This document shows, piece by piece, positions 27,457 to 37,649 of a DNA stretch of 64,000 nucleotides. How positions within the stretch are numbered: the stretch's first letter is position 1; each line of letters begins with the position of its first letter. The stretch is taken from IMG/VR virus record IMGVR_UViG_3300042522_001545, positions 1 to 64,000 of that record. The stretch is one strand, 5' to 3'. Under the pieces are notes generated by a model, which worked only from the letters and a program-made list of their open reading frames with translations, did no database searches and was not told where the DNA came from. The DNA is from an uncultured virus (IMG/VR IMGVR_UViG_3300042522_001545) (lineage: Duplodnaviria > Heunggongvirae > Uroviricota > Caudoviricetes). The translations under genes were made by a program, and so were the position numbers.

Positions 27457-27855
27457 ATGGCTGATAATGAAAAACTCAAAGCTATAGCTATTAAAATTTT
27501 AGAAAAGTCTACTGTACCTAAAGACGATATGTACGGATTTGCTATTGTTACTATTTTAATGATGATAAGCATAATACTAACATGTGTAAGAATACTACAA
27601 GAATGTAATAAGAATAAACTAACCTCCCAATCTACAGCACAAGATAAATATTCAATGTATGGTGAACAAATAAAAACCTTTAGTTCAAGAAAAGGTTGGT
27701 TTACTAAAATGAGAATTAAAAAAATTCTTCGTAGAGAAATGAACAAAGAAGATTATAATAAATACTCATTAAGTATTCTGGATGCTTTGTTAGAAACAGG
27801 AGAAATTCTCACGGATGATGAGATTCAAACACTAGTGGAGAATGCCAATGTTTAA
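27457..27855 (+). CDS. Single-TM membrane protein
   Basis: SD AAGGAG; FAIVTILMMISIILTCV TM segment. Confidence 0.6.
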   Translation: MADNEKLKAIAIKILEKSTVPKDDMYGFAIVTILMMISIILTCVRILQECNKNKLTSQSTAQDKYSMYGEQIKTFSSRKGWFTKMRIKKILRREMNKEDYNKYSLSILDALLETGEILTDDEIQTLVENANV

Positions 27856-28099
27856 TATATTAGTATGGTGTGTCTATGGTTTATTCGTTGGATCTATCGC
27901 TAAGAGCCTAGTTCCTGGCGAAGAAAATTTCGGCTTTGTTAAAACCGTAGCTCTAGGAGTTGCAGGATCTTACATGGGCGGAGCCATATTATATATGATT
28001 GGTCAATATAGTAGCCTAAGTCCAGCAGGTATTTTTATGGGTGTTGCTGGTGCGACATTATCTCTTGTGCTTTATAATAAAATTACGACTAGTAAATAG
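27848..28099 (+). CDS. GlsB/YeaQ/YmgE (transglycosylase-associated) membrane protein
   Basis: W...GLFVGSIAKSLVPG...TVALGVAGSYMGG...GVAGA pattern. Confidence 0.85.
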   Translation: MFNILVWCVYGLFVGSIAKSLVPGEENFGFVKTVALGVAGSYMGGAILYMIGQYSSLSPAGIFMGVAGATLSLVLYNKITTSK

Positions 28100-28108
28100 T
28101 ATTTCCTT

Positions 28109-29032
28109 ATGGTCGATGTTTATCTGTGGCTGTATCATATAGATTTATGGGATGAATTTTATAGTCTGTTGTCTCCAATAAAAGAAAATATTGTTCTTCA
28201 TCTTGGACTATGCCATGATACTCAGACTAAAGAAGTAATTTATTTAGCAGAACGCGGCTTTCCACATCTAAAAATCAGTCACTATCCTAATGCCGGTGCT
28301 GATATTCTATCGTTCATTAATGATTTTGTTAATAATTCTTGTAAACAAGATATATTTCTAAAAATTCATTCTAAAAAAAGTATACTAATGAATAAAATAG
28401 AGTGGAGAAAAGTTCTTCTTCATTCTTTAATAGGAAATAATGGAAATAATTTTTATACTAACATTAATCGATTACAAAAACACGAAAAAATTGGCTTAAT
28501 TAGCCATCGTGCTCTGCTCTTCAAAAATCAAGAGGGTCCAAACTCTAACAAAATTGATGAGATCCTACAATATTATCAAATACCCAAAGAGAGCATAAAA
28601 AATAGAGTGTTCGCTGCTGGTACTATGTTTATGGGTAAAAGTAGTCTGTACAACAATTTTTTAAATAAGGGCTCTATAAGTTATCTAGATCCCCTTCTGA
28701 GACAAGAAGTCGGATATGTCAGAGACAATAAAGGAGCTACATACTCTCATAGTCTAGAAAGAATATTTGGCTATATATGTGAGCACTACGGTTTACTAAC
28801 AGACTATGCAAAATATCAAACTATTCGTGTAATAAATACCAAATCTCCAACGAATAAACTGCATTTGTCTATAACAAATAGTGGATATGTTTTTTTAGAA
28901 GAGGATATTCAAGTAAGAGGTAGACTATTGCATAGAGATGAGGGCACATTTACTATAGTTTGGAATCATTTAACCAAACCACACACTAGAAAATATGTAA
29001 AAATAGCCAATAATACATATATAGGATCATGA
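28109..29032 (+). CDS. Rhamnan synthesis F (RgpF)-like protein
   Basis: LYHIDLW, PNAGADI, KIHSKKS, WR, FAAGTMF, HSLERIFG. Confidence 0.8.
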   Translation: MVDVYLWLYHIDLWDEFYSLLSPIKENIVLHLGLCHDTQTKEVIYLAERGFPHLKISHYPNAGADILSFINDFVNNSCKQDIFLKIHSKKSILMNKIEWRKVLLHSLIGNNGNNFYTNINRLQKHEKIGLISHRALLFKNQEGPNSNKIDEILQYYQIPKESIKNRVFAAGTMFMGKSSLYNNFLNKGSISYLDPLLRQEVGYVRDNKGATYSHSLERIFGYICEHYGLLTDYAKYQTIRVINTKSPTNKLHLSITNSGYVFLEEDIQVRGRLLHRDEGTFTIVWNHLTKPHTRKYVKIANNTYIGS

Positions 29033-30930
29033 CTCATAAGTGGATCAGTAGTCATCTCATAGAAAAAGAGGTGCAAAAATATATACATCTACTTCCTAAA
29101 AATTTTGACTGGCAGTATTATTTAGAGCAAAATCAAGATTTAAATCTAGCAGGAATAAACAACGAGAAAAGTGCTATTGAGCATTTTCTATTCTTTGGAA
29201 ATAGAGAAAAAAGGATCTTTGCTCGGTCAAGGGTAATAGAAACAGATGCTGACCAGTATGCAGAAATATTATCTAGTATCAATAAAAAAATATTGATTAA
29301 AATTCCAACTCTTAGTAGACCAAAACAGTTATTAGATTCTATTAAGTCTTTTTCAGAGAATGCTCAAAATAAAGATAATATTCATTTTATTGTTACTGTT
29401 GACAATAATGATATTTTAACGAATAATCCTAAAATTATTGCTAAATTAAATTCTTATGATAATCTGACTATTTGTTATGCGGACACCAGATCAAAAATAG
29501 AAGCGTACAATCTACATATAGATCATGTTCAATTTGATATACTAATATTATCTTCTGATGACATGATAGTAACAAAATATGGATATGATCAAATTATTAT
29601 CGATAATATGATTAAACATTTTCCAGGATTAGACGGAGTATTATGGTTTGATACAGGAGATAATAAAAAAACTAATACCTTAGCAATTATCGGCAATAAA
29701 CTTTATAATCAAATTAAACCCATATACAACCCCTGTTACACTGGATACTATTGTGATGATGAATTTAGTCAGATAGCGTTTAAATTAGGAAAGATGGTTA
29801 GAGTTGATCAAGAAATTATTAAGCATAATATACCCGATCACTTAAATATGTCTAACGACACAACTTATCTAAAAAGCTTATCCTATGGATCTAAAGACAG
29901 GACTATTTATAAGATTAGAAAAAAAATACAGTTTGATATTCCAGGAGTAGAACCACTACCGTCTTGTCATAATATTCCTAAAGAATTTATGCTGGCCAAA
30001 AGAAACAAAAACTGGCCTAACTTTTGGCTAGCACCAGAGACTAGATACGATGACCCTATTAGCTCAATGGATATATATGCTATAGAACAGATGGATAAAA
30101 CTGTAGCCAACATGGATAAAACAGAGTTCGTAGGCTTTGCTAAAAACTATTTCAGAGATTTTAGATGGACTATTCCTCCTGTTATTCATCAAATATGGAT
30201 CGGTGGACCAATACCCATACCAATTAAAAAGATGATGAAAACTTTTTCTGTAGATTATATGAAACAGTATCCTGGTTTTAGATATATTTTATGGGATGAT
30301 GCAAAGTTGAAGAATCTCAAGATGATCAATAGGGATCTTTTTGACAAAGAAACACAATACGATTGTAAGTCCGATATTGCTAGAGTAGAAATCTTAAATC
30401 AGTTTGGTGGTATTTTTATAGATTCTGATACTATATGGTTAGGTGATAAATCTTTATTGAGTATCCAGCACCTAACATCTTACGGAATACTAATTGCTTA
30501 TGAAAAAACAGGAAAAAAAATAGGCAAAGGATATTTAAATGAGAACACAACACGGTGTGCCAATGGGGTTTTTGGTGCAACAATACAGAATCCAATTATA
30601 GCTTATCTTATTGGTCAAATGAGAATTTCATATGATAATAATAGAAAACATGGAGTTGTAGCGGCAACTGGGCCAGATTTTGTTCAGTCTGTGTTTGATT
30701 CTTTGCAATCAGATATTAGTGTCAATATATTAAATCATAAATATTTTTACCCTTCTTGGTGGTGTGTAAATAAACAAAATAATCCTGAATATCATGAATT
30801 TGTAAAAGATAGCTTTTTAAGTAAAAAGGGATTGATTAAAAAATATCCAGAAGCTATACTTTTCCATAAGGGCTGGACATCTGCTAAAAATAAGGACTCG
30901 GCACCGGCCAAAGAAAGTACAGAAAAATGA
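29029..30930 (+). CDS. Multidomain glycosyltransferase (N-terminal repeat + GT-A + GT32 DxD domain)
   Basis: FDWQYYL..N.DL...HF..FG..E.R; LSSDDM...YCDDE; IPPVIHQIWIG...SDIARVEILNQFGGIFIDSD...TGP. Confidence 0.8.
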   Translation: MTHKWISSHLIEKEVQKYIHLLPKNFDWQYYLEQNQDLNLAGINNEKSAIEHFLFFGNREKRIFARSRVIETDADQYAEILSSINKKILIKIPTLSRPKQLLDSIKSFSENAQNKDNIHFIVTVDNNDILTNNPKIIAKLNSYDNLTICYADTRSKIEAYNLHIDHVQFDILILSSDDMIVTKYGYDQIIIDNMIKHFPGLDGVLWFDTGDNKKTNTLAIIGNKLYNQIKPIYNPCYTGYYCDDEFSQIAFKLGKMVRVDQEIIKHNIPDHLNMSNDTTYLKSLSYGSKDRTIYKIRKKIQFDIPGVEPLPSCHNIPKEFMLAKRNKNWPNFWLAPETRYDDPISSMDIYAIEQMDKTVANMDKTEFVGFAKNYFRDFRWTIPPVIHQIWIGGPIPIPIKKMMKTFSVDYMKQYPGFRYILWDDAKLKNLKMINRDLFDKETQYDCKSDIARVEILNQFGGIFIDSDTIWLGDKSLLSIQHLTSYGILIAYEKTGKKIGKGYLNENTTRCANGVFGATIQNPIIAYLIGQMRISYDNNRKHGVVAATGPDFVQSVFDSLQSDISVNILNHKYFYPSWWCVNKQNNPEYHEFVKDSFLSKKGLIKKYPEAILFHKGWTSAKNKDSAPAKESTEK

Positions 30931-31754
30931 ATATTGTTACAATTATGAACTATGACTGGTCAAAAAAACAAAGTTTTGACCTATGTTACACTTGGATCAA
31001 ACAATGTAAAATATGGCTATCTAAATATGACACAGTATATATTTATAGTTTTAAACCTCTTCCAGATGGTCTCAAAAAATCCATACTATCTTCTGATACC
31101 TGTGTTTTTAAATCTGTGATAGTCAAAAAATTTGCTCACACAGAAAGTATTCATTTTGGTTGCGAAGCACACATGGTAATTTCTAACCATAACTTCTTAT
31201 TTAAACTATATAATACTACTCAAATTAATTTTCCTTTTTTGTTTATGGATTGTGATGCATTTATAGTAGGATCAATAGACAAGTTAAACAGTATTTTTGA
31301 AACCACCAAAGATCAAATTTTTTTCTTGGACCATGAACCAAACATACCAGCAGAAACAATTTTTCTACCTCCGTTTATTAATTCTGGTGTGTTCATTATG
31401 AATGATCCAAAACATCTAATATATAACTGGGATAAAATTTATAGATTTGCTATGTCTATCAATTTTATTCCTAGGTTTCATAATTCTAATCAAATTATAC
31501 CGGGAACTGATCAGTCTATAATCAAAAGCTATTTAGACCACATCAAATATGACTACTCACACAAAAACTTCACTATTGACCACAACACGGCCGGATCTAT
31601 GATAAATGAATGGTACAGAAATAAAGAAAACAAACTACAAACTACTCTTAAAAACGACCCTTCCACCACATGTAAAATAGTGCATTACTGGGGGAAAAAT
31701 AAAAATATTCTATTTAATAGTCCTCTCATAGTAGAAGAAAAGGTCTCTTCATAA
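30927..31754 (+). CDS. GT8-like glycosyltransferase
   Basis: FMDCD, INSGVF, TDQ, IVHYWG. Confidence 0.7.
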   Translation: MNIVTIMNYDWSKKQSFDLCYTWIKQCKIWLSKYDTVYIYSFKPLPDGLKKSILSSDTCVFKSVIVKKFAHTESIHFGCEAHMVISNHNFLFKLYNTTQINFPFLFMDCDAFIVGSIDKLNSIFETTKDQIFFLDHEPNIPAETIFLPPFINSGVFIMNDPKHLIYNWDKIYRFAMSINFIPRFHNSNQIIPGTDQSIIKSYLDHIKYDYSHKNFTIDHNTAGSMINEWYRNKENKLQTTLKNDPSTTCKIVHYWGKNKNILFNSPLIVEEKVSS

Positions 31755-32941
31755 TGACACAGTGTTCAATAGTTATGATGTCTTGGGATAGACCTGAAAA
31801 TATTAATACTATTTTATCCGCATATCAAGAGTATAGTTGCGTTAAAGAAATAATTGTTTGGAATAATAATTCGTTTTTTTATGTCTCTAATTTAAATTTA
31901 TCCAAAGTTAAAACCATTAATTGTAATAGTGATTTTGGATTAAATACTAGATTTATCGGTGCTCTTTTAGCGTCTAATAGATGTGTTATAGTAAACGATG
32001 ACGATATCTTATTATCGGAAAAAAATATAAAAAACCTAATTAATCACTTTGAAAGAGACTATTCTAGAATTTATACTTATGAAGGACGTATTCCTCAAAA
32101 TGGATTATATACCTGTGCTCCGGGGCCAGGAAGAATAGAGAATGTTAAAGAACCAACAGAAGTAGATGTTGTTCTCACTAGAACGACATGCTTCGATAAG
32201 CTATATGCTGTTGAATATTGTAAATTGTCTGATGTTGTTTTTTATGATGTCAACACTAATTTGAATGGAGAAGATATTGTATTTAGTTATATAACAACCC
32301 ACCTATCTGGTAAAAAACCTCTGGTCCTACCAATCCCAGATAAAGACGGATACATTGAGCTTCCTGCTAAAATAGATTCTAAAATTTCAACAAGACCAAA
32401 TTTCACAGATAGAAGAAATACTCTTATTCATAGGTGTGAACTATTATTTCCGTCGCCCAAATATCCCACCCCGGATAGCGATAAAACTGTTTTTTTTGGA
32501 AACGGATTTTATCCATGTGGCTATTATAAGGACTCTTTTGTAGTCAACTCTGATTATAAAAAACTTCTTATCAAAGAAGACCACAGCGGAACGAAATACC
32601 TATCCTGCAATACAACAGGAATATATGATTGGACTATTTTTTATATAGAGACCAATGTTTTAATTAAAAACAGTGACCAAATTATTATCAAAGGATGGAT
32701 GTCAGAACAAGAAATACCTACTGATTTAGAGCTAACATTTATTAATGATGAAACAGAACAAAAAACTCAACGAATAAGAATACCATTCAAAACAGATTTT
32801 GTATCATCATACTCTATTAATATTAAAGATTATATTAGTTGCTCAGAAGACACTATGCTTTCCTCTATCAAATTTATTTTGTATACAAAAAATAGACCAT
32901 GTTCAGAACTTTGTTTATCCGAAATAAGCGTTTTACATTAA
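31754..32941 (+). CDS. GT64 (EXTL-like) glycosyltransferase with an extra C-terminal domain
   Basis: EIIVWNN, LNTRF, NDDDIL, NGEDIVF, IS...R. Confidence 0.7.
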   Translation: MTQCSIVMMSWDRPENINTILSAYQEYSCVKEIIVWNNNSFFYVSNLNLSKVKTINCNSDFGLNTRFIGALLASNRCVIVNDDDILLSEKNIKNLINHFERDYSRIYTYEGRIPQNGLYTCAPGPGRIENVKEPTEVDVVLTRTTCFDKLYAVEYCKLSDVVFYDVNTNLNGEDIVFSYITTHLSGKKPLVLPIPDKDGYIELPAKIDSKISTRPNFTDRRNTLIHRCELLFPSPKYPTPDSDKTVFFGNGFYPCGYYKDSFVVNSDYKKLLIKEDHSGTKYLSCNTTGIYDWTIFYIETNVLIKNSDQIIIKGWMSEQEIPTDLELTFINDETEQKTQRIRIPFKTDFVSSYSINIKDYISCSEDTMLSSIKFILYTKNRPCSELCLSEISVLH

Positions 32942-32951
32942 GGAGTCAATT

Positions 32952-33200
32952 ATGTACGAAGATATAAAAAAGTTATTAGAAAATTATAAGCCAACAAATA
33001 ATACAGAACAGGATGCTGAAATCCAAAGGATGCTTTCTTTGTGTTTTCAGGTCATAATGAGACTAGAAACACAGAATGGCGAATTAGTAGAAAAGATATT
33101 AAAGATTGAAAGAGTAGAATCAACGCTATTAAATGAAATTGAAAGTATCAAAAATAAAACCTCAGATTTTCTTGGTAGTTGGGTTCGTTATAATTGGTAA
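32952..33200 (+). CDS. Hypothetical coiled-coil protein
   Basis: SD AAGGAG; 82 aa. Confidence 0.55.
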   Translation: MYEDIKKLLENYKPTNNTEQDAEIQRMLSLCFQVIMRLETQNGELVEKILKIERVESTLLNEIESIKNKTSDFLGSWVRYNW

Positions 33201-33203
33201 TTT

Positions 33204-33929
33204 ATGACACAGACTATTAATATATTTCAAGTTATTAAAAATAGATCTAAGATAATAGATGGGCAGCAAACGCTGTATCTTTATCCTAATTGTATAGATT
33301 CTATAATAAATGCTATCTCAAGCTCTTCATTTAATTATAAGCTTTATGTTTATGATTTTCATTCTGACGACTATCCTTTATACGACTGGATGCCCAATAA
33401 ATTAAAAGACAAACTAGACTATGAGATAATTCAAACAAATTCGGAATTTTTTGATAAGGGGGAGGGTCTAAATTATTCTCGTGATTTGTTTACTGAAGAT
33501 GACTTTTTAGTCTATTTAGATGTTGATGTGATAGTAACAAAGTCTTTTATTGAGCGTATAGAGGCTAGATTTAACACGGACAATGCTGTCGGGTTTTTTG
33601 CTCCATATTTTTTGGCAGAAGATGGGTTGAATGGACATAAGGTTTTAGAGAGTGTGGGTAACTTATGGATTAGGCATAAAGATCTATTGAAGTTGCCACC
33701 TTGGATTTCTATGAATTGTTGGGGTGGAGAAGATACTATATTCCTTTACAATTGTATTAAAAATGGATTAAAAGTGTTTCGAGAAACAGACACAGACCTT
33801 TATCATCAATGGCACCCCATTGACCTAAGAAATAAATATTATAAAGGAGGAGATCCTCCTAAGGCTGATTATGCCCAAGCTATTAGAGAATACTATAAAA
33901 CTGGTATTCTGAAGGAGATTACTAAATGA
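33204..33929 (+). CDS. GT-A glycosyltransferase with GT7-like WGGED motif
   Basis: FDKGEGLN, YLDVD, WGGED, HQWH. Confidence 0.75.
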   Translation: MTQTINIFQVIKNRSKIIDGQQTLYLYPNCIDSIINAISSSSFNYKLYVYDFHSDDYPLYDWMPNKLKDKLDYEIIQTNSEFFDKGEGLNYSRDLFTEDDFLVYLDVDVIVTKSFIERIEARFNTDNAVGFFAPYFLAEDGLNGHKVLESVGNLWIRHKDLLKLPPWISMNCWGGEDTIFLYNCIKNGLKVFRETDTDLYHQWHPIDLRNKYYKGGDPPKADYAQAIREYYKTGILKEITK

Positions 33930-34981
33930 ACGTTACTATTCAAGCAATGAGGGGATCAGCAGAGAATACTTTTTTCCCTTATGTAGATTGGATGTACCGT
34001 ATACTTTTTAAAGAACTAGAGTCAAAACTAGACTGGAAAATCTCTCTCAACTCCAGACCATGCGTAAAAGAACAATTTGGGAATCCACACGGTCAACATT
34101 ATACTATTATCAGAATAGAGGGATGTAAACCTATTGTAATAGATGAAAGAGAGACTTCTTATATTACTCCGGCTATAAATGACTTTGATGCTTGGTTTAT
34201 TGTTAAATATGCGTATAGAGAGAAAGAAGGCTTTTATAATAACAAAGGTATAGGAATTGACAATGATGAAAAAAGTAAAACTTTAGGAGGCTGTAGACAT
34301 AAGGTTGTACCATGGGTTGGACACGCCTGGGAATATGGAAGATGGAAAACAAAGCCATGTGAAAATTGGATTTCTAATTTTGACAAAGATATAAACTTAA
34401 TATTCACTGGAACAGATAGAACAAATAGAGATACTGGTATGGTACGCTCAGAGAGTTGCAGATTACTTGAAAAATATTTTCCTCCGATGTCTTATATTGG
34501 TCTATGTTCAGTTCCTTTTGGTTTAACAAAAGGTATTGAGGGCTTGGTTTATGCAGATATTATTATTCAAAAAATGTATCAAGACTACCAAGAAAAACTA
34601 TCTAGATCTAGAATAGGATTAACTCTTCCCGGCCTGGGACTCGCCTGCTACAGAGAATATGAATATTTTGCCCAATGTATTCCGTGTATATCTCCCAAGT
34701 TTGAGATCGGATATGCCGACCCGCTGATTCCTGATTATCATTATGTGGCATTTGATTTACAAAGCCCGTCGTCTTTTGTAGACGCATATGCTAAGCTTCA
34801 AGATAGAGAGTTTTATGATTTCATTTCTTTGAACGCATGGAAATGGTGGCAAAAAAATACCAATCCAAAAAATAAACAAGGAATGCTTGAGTCTTTCTTG
34901 TCGGCGCTAGGGCAGTGTGATTCTTTTAAAGAACAATTTAAAAGCTATTATGTAAGCCTATTACCAAAGGAAGTTTTATGA
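33926..34981 (+). CDS. Putative GT-B glycosyltransferase
   Basis: LIFTG, Y...LSRSRIGLTLPG.G..CYREYE, PLIPDYHY. Confidence 0.55.
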   Translation: MNVTIQAMRGSAENTFFPYVDWMYRILFKELESKLDWKISLNSRPCVKEQFGNPHGQHYTIIRIEGCKPIVIDERETSYITPAINDFDAWFIVKYAYREKEGFYNNKGIGIDNDEKSKTLGGCRHKVVPWVGHAWEYGRWKTKPCENWISNFDKDINLIFTGTDRTNRDTGMVRSESCRLLEKYFPPMSYIGLCSVPFGLTKGIEGLVYADIIIQKMYQDYQEKLSRSRIGLTLPGLGLACYREYEYFAQCIPCISPKFEIGYADPLIPDYHYVAFDLQSPSSFVDAYAKLQDREFYDFISLNAWKWWQKNTNPKNKQGMLESFLSALGQCDSFKEQFKSYYVSLLPKEVL

Positions 34982-35238
34982 CAGAAGATGAATATACCAA
35001 GAGTGATGGTTTTAAGATCCCAAAAGATACTAGTTATACAGTGAGAAGATATCTTACTTTTCTTGGGATGAATGGTGCGGTTGTTTATCGTCCCACCAAG
35101 TATGAGGATGTTTCAGAAGAATTTAAGACCGTGGCTCAGATGTTAGGTTTTACTGTTTTTAGTAATGGTGATGCGTATTGTTTTGTTAATGAGGGTGGCA
35201 ATTGTACAAGAACGGCCCTACCAGCACCACCAGCTTAA
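34978..35238 (+). CDS. Hypothetical protein (possibly a gene remnant)
   Basis: ATGA-coupled 86 aa ORF. Confidence 0.45.
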   Translation: MTEDEYTKSDGFKIPKDTSYTVRRYLTFLGMNGAVVYRPTKYEDVSEEFKTVAQMLGFTVFSNGDAYCFVNEGGNCTRTALPAPPA

Positions 35239-35252
35239 GCAGGTATTTATAA

Positions 35253-35888
35253 ATGAAACACATAGTATCTTTAGGCGTAGACTGTTCTTTAGCCAGTTAT
35301 TTTAAAGATAAAAATATAAGACAAGAAGCGTATCCTTTTGATTGGGTAGTTTCTTACTATGGAATAGATATTTTATTGGAAAATAAGTTCGATAATTTTT
35401 TCCCTAACGATGGAGAAAGTTCTACCGACTATATTCGCTTTATGCATGATTCTTTTCCTAAAGACATTACAAAATATGAAAGAAGAATTGAGAGATTGTT
35501 TCAATTAATAGATTCCGTTAACGATGAGTTACTTTTCATTAGGCTGGGCCATTCTTCTAACCATCATTTTGATTGTTCCTCTTTAAAAACAAAGCCAACA
35601 CCAGAGCAACTAGATGAAATAAAGTTGTCAAAAAACATTTATCAATTTTTAACTAGAAAAAATCCCAAGCTTAAATTTGAAATGCATCTTATACTAAACT
35701 GTAATTTATGTAAAAGTACGATAGAAGAGGAAAAAAACTTGGATATTCGGACATATGATCTTTCCCAAAGTATGCCAGAGTTTTCTTTGGAGGAATCACA
35801 AAAAAATAATAAATACTGGGGAATTTATCTACACAATAGAACAAGGGTTATAAATCAATTTTTAAATAATTGGATTGGTAAACTATGA
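35253..35888 (+). CDS. DUF1796 papain-like putative cysteine peptidase
   Basis: SLGVDC, YPFDW, FMHD, KYERRIER, LFIR. Confidence 0.75.
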   Translation: MKHIVSLGVDCSLASYFKDKNIRQEAYPFDWVVSYYGIDILLENKFDNFFPNDGESSTDYIRFMHDSFPKDITKYERRIERLFQLIDSVNDELLFIRLGHSSNHHFDCSSLKTKPTPEQLDEIKLSKNIYQFLTRKNPKLKFEMHLILNCNLCKSTIEEEKNLDIRTYDLSQSMPEFSLEESQKNNKYWGIYLHNRTRVINQFLNNWIGKL

Positions 35889-36694
35889 AAAACTTATTAA
35901 TTGGTTATTTTTATAACGTAAAATCTCTTGAAGGAATAAAGGTGTTTATAAAGAGCTCTTATTCCTTAAAAAATAAAAGCTTTGATACTGTTCTGCTAGA
36001 TGCTTCTGACGATGGTTCGGGAGAAGAGATAAAAGAATTTGCAAAAGATTACGATGTTTCAATTGTCAAAATCAAGAAACAAATCGATAGCCTTTATATA
36101 GATAGATTTCAAGCATATAAAGAATACCTTAGTCAAACTACGTATCACCATATAATACTGAGTGATTGCACAGATGTTTATTTGCAAAAAGATCCTTTCT
36201 TAGACTTAGAAACGTATCAATCTGGGTTGGTTTTGTCGTCTGAAAATGCTTTAATTAAAGATATACAGTGGAATTATGACATTATTAAAAATGTTTATGG
36301 TTATGAGATAGCAGATCGTTTTATAGAAGAGCCAATAATTAATAGTGGTATAATTGCAGGAGACAAAACTTCTTTAGATATTATTTGTAGTCTAATTGTT
36401 TCTGAACACGATAAGACACATCGTTGTTTTACCGGATCAGACCAAGGAATATTAATGAAAATAATCTATTCTAAACAATATCCTTATCCTTATAACTATC
36501 AATTTGCTCCTAGTAATTTTAGCCTGATGTTAGCTGCTGGTTTTGGTTTTTCTGATAAGCTAATCAATAGTCATGGAATTAATATTGACGGAATCAAAAT
36601 CACAGACAATCTGAATAAGGTGTATTCAATTATTCATCAGTACAATAGAAAAGAAAGTTTTAACAATAAAGTAATCCAATATTTCTCAACATAA
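35885..36694 (+). CDS. Putative GT-A glycosyltransferase
   Basis: RF..Y, LSDCTDV, INSGIIAG, DQG, IHQYNR. Confidence 0.65.
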   Translation: MKNLLIGYFYNVKSLEGIKVFIKSSYSLKNKSFDTVLLDASDDGSGEEIKEFAKDYDVSIVKIKKQIDSLYIDRFQAYKEYLSQTTYHHIILSDCTDVYLQKDPFLDLETYQSGLVLSSENALIKDIQWNYDIIKNVYGYEIADRFIEEPIINSGIIAGDKTSLDIICSLIVSEHDKTHRCFTGSDQGILMKIIYSKQYPYPYNYQFAPSNFSLMLAAGFGFSDKLINSHGINIDGIKITDNLNKVYSIIHQYNRKESFNNKVIQYFST

Positions 36695-36725
36695 GCAGAA
36701 AAACATGGGTTTCTAATCTACAAAT

Positions 36726-37649
36726 ATGAAAAAAATATCATCTCCAGACGAAGCTAAAAACAAGGTTAAAAAAACAAACTTGATCATCTATGGTTCAATA
36801 AGGAACATAGAAGAACATTTCGCAAAGTCTTTTTCAAATATTGACAAGATATCTGATGTTTTTGATAATGTACTGTGCATTATTTTTGAAAATGATTCAT
36901 CAGACAAAACAAGAAATCTACTAAAAGATTGGAAAAAAAGTAGCAGCAAAATAAAAAAACACATCATCTTGGAAGATGGTCTAGCAAACACAATGCCTTC
37001 TAGAACACAAAGATTAGCTTATTGTAGAAACTCTATTCTAAAATACATATTTGAAAACAGCCTAGAAAATACTTATGAGTATGCTTTGCACTGTGATTTA
37101 GATGAAGTTTTTTGGGAGATAAGCATTGATGGAATTTTAACATGCTTTCAATACGATCTTGATGAATGGGACATGATGGGTTGTATCAATGAAGATTTTT
37201 ACTACTTTGATTACTGGGCATTAAGACACAAAGACTCGTATTTTGCCAATAATGTTTTTTCTACTTGCTATTATCCGAAGCAGGACTACAGACAACACAC
37301 AAAGACATTCAGTAAAATTATATTTGAAGCGTCTAGATCAAATGACAAACTAGTACCAGTTCAGTCTTGTTTCAATGGCATGGGACTATACAGATTAAAG
37401 AGCATGAAGGGTTGCAGCTACTTGGGCTTGCACAAGTGTGGAATTTGTCAAGACAGCAAATGCAATGTAGGTGTTGATGCCAGAAATTTTTCAGAACCAA
37501 CAGACGATAATGACCATATAAACCTACACAGAGAGATGATGGATAAGAACAATGCAAAATTATACATTAATACTGATATGAAGTTAAAAATAAAACCAGG
37601 AACTATGTTCTACAATATCTTTGGAGGCAATTGTGATGTGGAGAAATGA
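36726..37649 (+). CDS. CAP59/GT69-like glycosyltransferase
   Basis: FENDSSD, RLAYCRN, DLD, YFDYWALR, VQSCFNGMGLY. Confidence 0.7.
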   Translation: MKKISSPDEAKNKVKKTNLIIYGSIRNIEEHFAKSFSNIDKISDVFDNVLCIIFENDSSDKTRNLLKDWKKSSSKIKKHIILEDGLANTMPSRTQRLAYCRNSILKYIFENSLENTYEYALHCDLDEVFWEISIDGILTCFQYDLDEWDMMGCINEDFYYFDYWALRHKDSYFANNVFSTCYYPKQDYRQHTKTFSKIIFEASRSNDKLVPVQSCFNGMGLYRLKSMKGCSYLGLHKCGICQDSKCNVGVDARNFSEPTDDNDHINLHREMMDKNNAKLYINTDMKLKIKPGTMFYNIFGGNCDVEK

